A program made the translations under genes and the position numbers. Positions 41,272-48,729 of a DNA stretch of 64,000 nucleotides are shown piece after piece. The DNA comes from Alphaproteobacteria bacterium (GTDB taxonomy: Bacteria; Pseudomonadota; Alphaproteobacteria; SP197). The notes beneath the pieces were generated by a model. It did no database searches. It was not told where the DNA came from and was given only the letters and a program-made list of their open reading frames with translations. Numbering within the stretch: the first letter of the stretch is position 1; every line of letters begins with the position of its first letter. The DNA lies in the NCBI GenBank assembly GCA_965228895.1, contig OZ245842.1, positions 2,839,964 through 2,903,963 on the forward strand, given 5' to 3'.

Positions 41272-42141
41272 ATGTCCGTCAACCGAGAACACCAGACCAT
41301 CGCGCATCGTCTGATTGAGCTGCCGGCCTTTGAGCTGGAAGACGGCTTGCCTGGCGAGGCTGCTATTCAGGCCTACGAACGCGATGGTGTCGTATGTCTG
41401 CGCAAGGCCTTCGACGCCGATTGGATCGCCACGCTGGCGGAGGGTATGGAGATTGCCATCGCGGAAGGCCACCGCGAGAGCAAGTTCCACATCGCCGAGC
41501 CCGGCGAACCCGGTTTCTTTTTCTATGACACCTTCATGTGGAAACGCATCGAACAGTTCCAGCGTTTCGCGATGGAGTCACCGGCCGCCGATCTGGCGCG
41601 CCAAATCATGCGCTCTCAGTCGCTCATCTATTACTTCGACTTCATGCTGGTGAAAGAGCCGGGGACCAGCCGCAAGACGCCGTGGCACTACGACGAGGCT
41701 TATTGGCCAATCAGCGGCAGCCAGATCTGCAATCTCTGGACCGCGCTTGACCGCATTCCGGTCGAGACCAGCCTGCGCTTCGTCAGGGGCTCGCACCGCT
41801 GGACCAAGAACTATCGCGCCGTCCACTTCGACCCGAACGACGCGTATGCGGACCTGCCTGACGATCCGGAGCCGCCGGACTGGGACCTCGAGCCGGGCGA
41901 TTACGAGATCGTCTTTGCCGCGCTTGAACCGGGCGACTGTCTGATCTTTCACAACCGCTGCCATCACAGCGCGCCCGGCAACTCGTTGGAGTCAACGCGG
42001 CGCCGAGCGCTCGCGACCCACTGGATCGGTGATGACATCACCTATTACGACAAACCACAGGAAACCGACCCGCCCTATCGCGGCGAAGGTCTGGTCCATG
42101 GCGGCTCCATGGAATGCGAGAGCTTCCCAAGGGTACGTTAG
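41272..42141 (+). CDS. Phytanoyl-CoA dioxygenase (PhyH) family Fe(II)/2OG oxygenase
   Basis: The start is trimmed to 'MSVNREHQ'. The 2-His-1-carboxylate ligands fall in 'WHYDEAYW...' and 'IFHNRCHHSA'. Confidence 0.65.
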   Translation: MSVNREHQTIAHRLIELPAFELEDGLPGEAAIQAYERDGVVCLRKAFDADWIATLAEGMEIAIAEGHRESKFHIAEPGEPGFFFYDTFMWKRIEQFQRFAMESPAADLARQIMRSQSLIYYFDFMLVKEPGTSRKTPWHYDEAYWPISGSQICNLWTALDRIPVETSLRFVRGSHRWTKNYRAVHFDPNDAYADLPDDPEPPDWDLEPGDYEIVFAALEPGDCLIFHNRCHHSAPGNSLESTRRRALATHWIGDDITYYDKPQETDPPYRGEGLVHGGSMECESFPRVR

Positions 42142-42148
42142 AGCCGAT

Positions 42149-42913
42149 TCAGATCCCGAGCAGGCTCGGCAGATCGGCAATCGATGTAACGCGGTAAGAC
42201 GGTTGCACCGGGGCCTTGGAATCGTCCTTGGTGAACTTGCCGGTCATGACCTGGACGGTCATCAGGCCGGCCTCGGCGCCGCCGCCGATGTCGCTGTCGA
42301 TATCGTCGCCGACCATCATCGTCGTCTCCGGCTGCGCGCCCATGTCACGCAGGGCCATGTCGAAGAATGCCGGTGACGGTTTGCCGACGACGATGGCTTT
42401 TGTTCGTGTCGCATACTCCAGCGCGGCGACGAAAGGGCCGAGATCTAGACCCAGGTCGTCGCCCCGGCGACAGTAACGGTTCTTGTGGAGTGCAATCAGC
42501 AGGGCGCCGGCGCGCATCATGGCGAAGAGATCGTTCAGCCGCTGCCAGGTGAAGTCCTGCTCGAGATCGCCGAGCACGATCGCTTCGACATCGCGTTCAC
42601 ACAGGGTGAAGCCGTCGAGGTCGTCGGCCAGCGTCGAATCGGCGGCCAGATGCACCCGGGTCAAGCCGTGATCATGCAGCACGCCGCGCGCAGCCATGAC
42701 GGGTGTAAAGAGCTGGGTGTCGTCCACGACGAACCCCATGTCGCGCATCCGCGCGGCGATAGCGTGGGCCGGGCGGGTCGTCGTGTTGGTCAGGAAGCGA
42801 AGGGACAGGCCGGCGGCGACCATCTGTTGCACCACCTCGCGCGCGGCGGGATACGGCGCGCCGGCTTCATAGAGAACGCCCTGCAGGTCGAGAAGCACCG
42901 CCCGGACATTCAT
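42149..42913 (-). CDS. HAD-superfamily hydrolase, subfamily IIA (NagD-like)
   Basis: Motif I is 'VLLDLQGVL', motif II 'FLTNTTT', and motifs III/IV 'VVGKPSP...VGDDIDSDIGG'. Confidence 0.7.
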   Translation of the reverse strand: MNVRAVLLDLQGVLYEAGAPYPAAREVVQQMVAAGLSLRFLTNTTTRPAHAIAARMRDMGFVVDDTQLFTPVMAARGVLHDHGLTRVHLAADSTLADDLDGFTLCERDVEAIVLGDLEQDFTWQRLNDLFAMMRAGALLIALHKNRYCRRGDDLGLDLGPFVAALEYATRTKAIVVGKPSPAFFDMALRDMGAQPETTMMVGDDIDSDIGGGAEAGLMTVQVMTGKFTKDDSKAPVQPSYRVTSIADLPSLLGI

Positions 42914-42922
42914 CGCGAAACG

Positions 42923-44062
42923 CTACCCGTCGGTTGTCTCGAACAGGGTGAGCACGCCGGTATAGGCATAGAGGCGGTCGAACGAGATCTCGCCGTTGCC
43001 GAAGAAACCAACCATCGGCACGTCGCCCAACACCTCGCGCACGATCGCCATCTCGCTCTGGGCGCCATCAAACATGTTGGGGCCGCGCGCCAGGCAGCTG
43101 AAGTAGAGACCTCCGGCCACGTTACCGGCGCGCTTGCGAACGTCGCCGACCATTCGCTTCAGATCGGCTTCCGCGGCCGCGCGGTCGCGGCGGCAGAACA
43201 TCAGGGCATCGCCCATGCCGACACGCTCGCCGATCACCACCGCGCCACTGTTGGGTTCGATGCCGACCAGATTGCGCACCAGATAATCACCGGTATCGGA
43301 TCCGGACACCGGCAGACCAACGTGAAGGGATCCCGACAATTGGCGCGGGTCCGAAATACCCTCAGTCGCCAGTTCCTCGACGAACACATCCATCGCCGGG
43401 CGGTCATTCAAACAATGAACGACGTTCTCATCGACCTTGGTCACCTGATGAATACCGCCCAGCGGCACGCAGCCCTGCGTTAAACCGGTGCTGACGCGCA
43501 CAGAGCTGTCGAAAAGAACACCAGAGATCTCTCGCTCGACCGGGCGCCCCGCCATCTGCATGGTTGCGCCGCGCGACGAACTTAAGCCACCGACCAGATA
43601 GCCGTCGGTATCGCGCGCCAGACCGGCGATCGCCTCGACCAGATTGGGCATACGCGGATCACCATGGACGACGGCGAAACTACCCTGCCCCATCGCGCCG
43701 CCGCGCCGGTCGTCGTAACTGCGGACCGCCTCCTCCGCGCTGGTGAAAAGGCTCAAGGCGTCTTCGGGAAACCTGCCGGTCATCGCCGCAACCGCCGGCC
43801 GGTCAAAGTACTCGCTGCCGGCTGCGCAGATTCCGATGCCGACCGTGCCGCACCAGCTCGTCACACCGGTCGCGGCGGCCAGGAACCCCGCGATTTCACC
43901 GAGGGCGTCGGCGAAATGATCGGTGACATAGACAAAGCCCAGCGTGTCGTCGTCGCGGTCGCCCAAAACCTCGGCAACCGATCGGGCGGCCTGCTGCCAT
44001 GTTTCCGCGCTGGCATGGGCAACGTGAAACTGGCCGGTCACAACGTCAGATGTTTCGTTCAT
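42923..44062 (-). CDS. FIST-domain sensor protein
   Basis: 379 aa with N- and C-terminal FIST-type regions ('FVYVTDHFADAL...', 'MVGFFGNGEI'). Confidence 0.6.
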   Translation of the reverse strand: MNETSDVVTGQFHVAHASAETWQQAARSVAEVLGDRDDDTLGFVYVTDHFADALGEIAGFLAAATGVTSWCGTVGIGICAAGSEYFDRPAVAAMTGRFPEDALSLFTSAEEAVRSYDDRRGGAMGQGSFAVVHGDPRMPNLVEAIAGLARDTDGYLVGGLSSSRGATMQMAGRPVEREISGVLFDSSVRVSTGLTQGCVPLGGIHQVTKVDENVVHCLNDRPAMDVFVEELATEGISDPRQLSGSLHVGLPVSGSDTGDYLVRNLVGIEPNSGAVVIGERVGMGDALMFCRRDRAAAEADLKRMVGDVRKRAGNVAGGLYFSCLARGPNMFDGAQSEMAIVREVLGDVPMVGFFGNGEISFDRLYAYTGVLTLFETTDG

Positions 44063-44182
44063 ATAACCAGAATAGGCTCGCCAACTGACGGGTCAACAGG
44101 ATCACGTCCTTCGCCTATAATGTGACCATGAGAGACCACATCACTTGCCGGCCGTGACCGCGCGATCAACGGCGGCATCACC

Positions 44183-44800
44183 GTGACAGCGAGATGCGGT
44201 TGGTTTCTGGGGTTCGCGTTGTCATGCCTGGTCATCGCACCGGCCACCGCCGAATCGATCACGGTCAAAGGACTGACCTTCACCGATGAGCTCGGCGGGT
44301 TTCGCCTGTTGGCGGCATGGGGCAGCGGTTCGCTCGAAGACCCGATCACGGTGGTCGAAGAAATCACCAGCACCAGGGGCGCCGTCTTGATGATCCGAGG
44401 CGTTGGCCCGCATACCGGCAACGCCATTCCGACCAACCATCCCGCCGGCTTCGCACTGCGCAAGATCGTCACCAACGCGACCAACCAGACCTGGACGTTC
44501 TTTGATATCGAGTTGCAGAAGTTGCTGGGTACACCAAGCGACATCTACGACGGGCTGTCGTTCGGCCAGGATGCGCAGGCCGGGCGGCCGTTTACCTCCA
44601 ATCGATTCGGCCAAAGCGTGTCGCAGGACGAGCCGCGCGATCACGTCACGTTTTTTGATGGCGTGGTCGAACCGGGCGAAACCGTCAGCATGGACTTCGT
44701 CATCACCGCAACCGGTTACGTCACAGAACTGATGCTGCTGCAAAAACCGAACCGCCCGGTCGCATCGATCGACGGCGGCGCCACGGACCACGGCGGATGA
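44183..44800 (+). CDS. Secreted hypothetical protein, translationally coupled to the downstream cyclase
   Basis: The signal peptide is 'FLGFALSCLVIAPATAES'. The stop overlaps the next gene's ATG (ATGA at 44797-44800). Confidence 0.5.
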   Translation: MTARCGWFLGFALSCLVIAPATAESITVKGLTFTDELGGFRLLAAWGSGSLEDPITVVEEITSTRGAVLMIRGVGPHTGNAIPTNHPAGFALRKIVTNATNQTWTFFDIELQKLLGTPSDIYDGLSFGQDAQAGRPFTSNRFGQSVSQDEPRDHVTFFDGVVEPGETVSMDFVITATGYVTELMLLQKPNRPVASIDGGATDHGG

Positions 44801-46464
44801 TCGCGCGCATCAGACTGGGCTCCGGGCTGGTGCTTATGGTCTTTCTTGCCAGCCACCTGATCAACCACGCGCTGGGCATCCATTCTCTGGCCTGGATGGA
44901 GGCTGGCCGGCGTGTCTTCGATGGGGTTTGGCGCAGTACGCCGGGCACGGTCGTGCTGTGCGCGGCACTGGTCCTCCATCTGGGCCTGGTCTTCTGGGCG
45001 CTCTACCGGCGCAACAGCCTGGCCATGCCGCCACGCGAGTGGGCCCAGCTCTTGCTGGGGCTCACCATACCGCTGCTGGTCGCAGAACACGTGGCCGGCA
45101 CAAGGGGCGCCAACGAACTGTTCGGCGTCAACGACACTTATCCCTACGTTATCTATGCGCTATGGGTGGACGCGCCGTGGAAAGGCGTTCTGCAGTCGGT
45201 CCTGATCATCACCGCCTGGCTGCACGGCTGCTTGGGGATACACTTCTGGCTGCGCCTGAAACCCTGGTATCGGCGCTGGCAATGGTGCGCCTTCAGCTTG
45301 GCAATCCTGGTCCCCATCCTTGCCCTTGGCGGTTTTGTCGGCGCCGGCATTGACGTCGCGCGCTTGGCCAGTGACCCCGACTGGCTGCCCGAGTTTCTCG
45401 CCTCGACCGGCGTCGGGCGCGTCTTCGAACAGCTCTCAGCCTTCATGGCCCAAGCGCAACTCTGGACGATCGCCGTGGTCGTGGCCTTGGTCGCCACCGT
45501 TCTGCTTCTCAGATGGCTTCGCATGGCATTTGCCGCCCGGCGAAAAGCCCCTCGCCTGACCTACCCCAACGGTCAGGTGGTCGAGATCGCGCCGGGCTCG
45601 ACCGTGCTGGAGACCAGCCGCGCCGCCGACATTCCCCACGCCTCGGTTTGCGGCGGGCGCGGCCGTTGCTCGACCTGCCGCGTCCGGCTGGGCCACGGTC
45701 GAGATGATCTGGAACCGCCCGACGCCGATGAGCGCAAGGTCTTGGAGCGCATCGGCGATCCACCCCATGTCCGCTTGGCGTGTCAGCTTCGCCCGACCGC
45801 GGACCTTGCAGTCACCCCCTTGCTGCCCGCGCACGCCGGCCCCGCCGACGCGGTCATGCGCCAACGACCCGCCGGCGCCGGACGGGAACAGGAGATCGCC
45901 GTATTGTTTGCCGACCTCCGGGGCTTCACCACGCTGTCGGAAGCCAACCTTCCCTATGACACCGTCTTTGTCCTGAACCGCTATTTCGAAGCCATGGGCC
46001 ATGCCATCGAGGGCGCCGGCGGGCAGATCGACAAGTTTATCGGTGACGGCGTCATGGCGCTGTTTGGCGTCGACGGCACGATCGATAATGGATGCCGCCA
46101 GGCACTCGACGCGACGGAGGCCATGAGCCACGCGCTTGCCGCGCTCAACCGTTCGCTCGCCAAGGAGATTGAACAGCCGCTTCGACTCGGCATCGGCCTG
46201 CATGTCGGGCCGGCGGTGATCGGCGAAATGGGGTACGGCGAAACCATGCACATGACGGCAATCGGCGACGTCGTGAACACGGCGAGCCGGCTGGAGGGTG
46301 CGACGAAAGATCTGCGCTGCGATCTCGTTGTCTCAGAGCGTGTCGTGGAGCTGGCCGGCGTGCCCGAGATGCCCGGGTTGCCTCACGATCTGACGGTTCG
46401 CGGCAAGCGGGAAACCCTTCGGGTACGCGCCATCAGCAACCTCGCCGGCACACCAAAGTTATAA
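44797..46464 (+). CDS. Class III adenylate cyclase with N-terminal 6TM domain and 2Fe-2S ferredoxin domain
   Basis: About 220 aa of transmembrane helices are followed by the Fer2-like region 'IPHASVCGGRGRCSTCRVRL...VRLACQ'. The cyclase core follows: 'IAVLFADLRGFT...KFIGDGVMALFG...GLHVGPAVIGEMG'. Confidence 0.75.
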   Translation: MIARIRLGSGLVLMVFLASHLINHALGIHSLAWMEAGRRVFDGVWRSTPGTVVLCAALVLHLGLVFWALYRRNSLAMPPREWAQLLLGLTIPLLVAEHVAGTRGANELFGVNDTYPYVIYALWVDAPWKGVLQSVLIITAWLHGCLGIHFWLRLKPWYRRWQWCAFSLAILVPILALGGFVGAGIDVARLASDPDWLPEFLASTGVGRVFEQLSAFMAQAQLWTIAVVVALVATVLLLRWLRMAFAARRKAPRLTYPNGQVVEIAPGSTVLETSRAADIPHASVCGGRGRCSTCRVRLGHGRDDLEPPDADERKVLERIGDPPHVRLACQLRPTADLAVTPLLPAHAGPADAVMRQRPAGAGREQEIAVLFADLRGFTTLSEANLPYDTVFVLNRYFEAMGHAIEGAGGQIDKFIGDGVMALFGVDGTIDNGCRQALDATEAMSHALAALNRSLAKEIEQPLRLGIGLHVGPAVIGEMGYGETMHMTAIGDVVNTASRLEGATKDLRCDLVVSERVVELAGVPEMPGLPHDLTVRGKRETLRVRAISNLAGTPKL

Positions 46465-46533
46465 ACACCCTACCGAAGTCTCGTTGGCCAAGGACCATCC
46501 CTGGGGTAGTTTAAAGCCTGGGGTGACACACAG

Positions 46534-47733
46534 GTGGGTTTAAGATCGGTGCAGAAACGATCCGGTATTTTGGTGTCCGTGGTCTTGGCCAGTGCGCTTG
46601 TGCTGTCGCCGGCCTATGCCGACTTCGAAGCCGGCATGCAGGCCTATGACGCCGGTGACTACGCGGCCGCCATCTCGGAATGGCAGCCGCTGGCCGAACA
46701 AGGCAATCTGGAAGCCCAATTCGGCATGGGCATCATCTATGAGAACGGCCGCGGCATTGGCCGTGATTATACCGAAGCAGCCAAGTGGTATGCCGCCGCA
46801 GCCGAGGGCGGCCATCCCGGCGCCCAGTTCAATCTTGGAAACATCTACCAACAGGGCCTGGGTGTACCCAAGGACCCCTCGCGGGCGGTCTACTGGTGGA
46901 CGTTGTCGGCGGCTCAGGGCTTGTCGGATGCCCAACTGAACCTGGGAATCGCCTATCACCGCGGCGACGGCGTCGCGCGTGACCAGGACTTGGCGTTCTC
47001 GTGGTTCGAGCGGGCGGCCGAAGCGGGCAACCCTATGGGCCAGTTCTCCGCCGGTTACGCCTATGAAACCGGCCTGGGGACCGAGGTCAATTTGAATGAA
47101 GCACGCCGCCTCTACGCGGCGGCTGCCGAAGCCGGTATCCAGCAGGCTGCAAATCGGCTGGCCGTTCTGGGTCCGCCCGATGACGTGGCCGCCACCGAAC
47201 TCGTCCCCGAACCGGTCATGGAGACCGAGCCCGTCGAGTCGATTGAGTCGGCCGAGGTGATTCTGGAAGACGCGCCAAGCGAGGACATCACGGAGACCGA
47301 GCCCGTCGAGACAGACGAGGTCGCGGAAACCGTGCCGGAGCCGACCGTTGGCGACAGCGGTACGGAGCCGACAACCGATAGTTCGGCGATCGACTACAGC
47401 GCGGTCGAAGCGACCGAGACGGTCGAAACTGTCGAAACAGCCGCTGTCGAGACCGAGACGACCGTTGCCCCCGCGCAAGGCGGCGGCCCCTATATCCAGA
47501 TCGCCGCATACCTGAGCGAAGACCGTGCCGAGGCCGCGTGGCAGGACATTACCGGGCGGTTTCCCGATCTGCTGGGCGGCCTGCCCCACCGTGTCTTGAT
47601 GGTCGATCTTGGTGGTGAATTGGGCACGGTCTATCGCCTGCAGGCCGGACCGATGCCGGCCCAGGCTGAAGCGCAGGCTATCTGTAACGAGCTAAAGGCC
47701 AAGAACGCCGATTGTTTCCTGGTTGGACCTTAG
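46534..47733 (+). CDS. Sel1-repeat protein with C-terminal SPOR (peptidoglycan-binding) domain
   Basis: A signal peptide is followed by about five Sel1 repeats ('AQFNLGNIYQQGLGVPKD' and similar) and an acidic linker rich in E, T, P and V. The SPOR-like C-terminus reads 'YIQIAAYLSEDRAEAAWQDI...YRLQAGPM'. Confidence 0.65.
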   Translation: MGLRSVQKRSGILVSVVLASALVLSPAYADFEAGMQAYDAGDYAAAISEWQPLAEQGNLEAQFGMGIIYENGRGIGRDYTEAAKWYAAAAEGGHPGAQFNLGNIYQQGLGVPKDPSRAVYWWTLSAAQGLSDAQLNLGIAYHRGDGVARDQDLAFSWFERAAEAGNPMGQFSAGYAYETGLGTEVNLNEARRLYAAAAEAGIQQAANRLAVLGPPDDVAATELVPEPVMETEPVESIESAEVILEDAPSEDITETEPVETDEVAETVPEPTVGDSGTEPTTDSSAIDYSAVEATETVETVETAAVETETTVAPAQGGGPYIQIAAYLSEDRAEAAWQDITGRFPDLLGGLPHRVLMVDLGGELGTVYRLQAGPMPAQAEAQAICNELKAKNADCFLVGP

Positions 47734-47736
47734 ATC

Positions 47737-48129
47737 CTACTGAGCGTCCGGGCTGTTGGCTTTCAGATAGGCAATGACGTTGGCGATGTCGTCCTCCTTG
47801 GTCAGGCGGAACGTCATTTTGACGCCAGAGATGTATTTGGTCGGCCCGGCCAACCATTCGGTCAGTGTTGCTTCGTCCCAAACGATGCCGGATTCGGGCA
47901 GCTTGCCGGAATCGAGCGATCCCGCTTCGTTTGAACCCGCCGCGCTGCCGTAGACCCCAAACAAATTTGGACCTTGCTTCGGTGCGCCGCCTTGTTCGAT
48001 CGTGTGGCAGACCTTGCAGCGGTTGAACACCTTCTCACCTTGGGCAACATCGCCTTCGGCCCAAGCCGATTGCGCGGTGAGCCCAAGAGCGAGCGTGAGC
48101 AAAGATCCGAAAGCGGCAACACGTTTCAT
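47737..48129 (-). CDS. Class I c-type cytochrome (c2/c550-like)
   Basis: The signal peptide is followed by the heme motif 'CKVCHT'. Met appears as sixth ligand in 'GVKMTF', and 'NVIAYLK' is typical of cytochrome c2. Confidence 0.8.
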   Translation of the reverse strand: MKRVAAFGSLLTLALGLTAQSAWAEGDVAQGEKVFNRCKVCHTIEQGGAPKQGPNLFGVYGSAAGSNEAGSLDSGKLPESGIVWDEATLTEWLAGPTKYISGVKMTFRLTKEDDIANVIAYLKANSPDAQ

Positions 48130-48227
48130 CGAAACACTCCGTTAAGAAAGAACTGAAAAACCGTGCAGGTCAATACGATCGTCAGGCGGGATGTTACAAA
48201 TCAAATAACACTGTTCTTACGATCCTC

Positions 48228-48716
48228 TTACGATCCCGTGCACTCACCGCAGTTTTCGACCGGCAGATCCCTGGCCAACCATCCCGGACCGTCGCCGCTG
48301 CCGACCATGCCCTCGCCAATATCGTAGATCTGTTCAAACCCCTCGCCCTCCAGAAGGACATGCGCGATCGCGGAACGAACGCCGGCGGCGCAAATCAACG
48401 CGATCGGGCGTGACCTGTCGCCACCGGCAAGAGCCGTGACCTCTTCGACAAAATCCAGGTTCGGCAGACCATAGGCCAGAAACAGACTTGCCCTGCCAGC
48501 GCCCTCAGGAATACCGGTTTCGCGCCACTCCGATTCCGTCCGGATGTCGACAATCAGAAGCTCGCCCTGGCCAGACTGCTGCCATGCGTCCGGTGCCGAG
48601 AGCAGACCGTCGCCCTCCGCATAAGCCGGCGCAATAACAAAGAACACGAGCGCAAAAGCAAGGGATGGGCCGCGAACGGCCCATCCCCAGATCATCAAGC
48701 AGACGTTGGTTGTCAT
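48228..48716 (-). CDS. Periplasmic rhodanese-domain protein (sulfurtransferase)
   Basis: The start is trimmed to 'MTTNVCLMIWGW' with a signal peptide 'AFALVFFVIAPAYA'. The rhodanese active-site loop is 'ICAAGVRS'. Confidence 0.65.
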   Translation of the reverse strand: MTTNVCLMIWGWAVRGPSLAFALVFFVIAPAYAEGDGLLSAPDAWQQSGQGELLIVDIRTESEWRETGIPEGAGRASLFLAYGLPNLDFVEEVTALAGGDRSRPIALICAAGVRSAIAHVLLEGEGFEQIYDIGEGMVGSGDGPGWLARDLPVENCGECTGS

Positions 48717-48729
48717 CGGTTGATGATGA

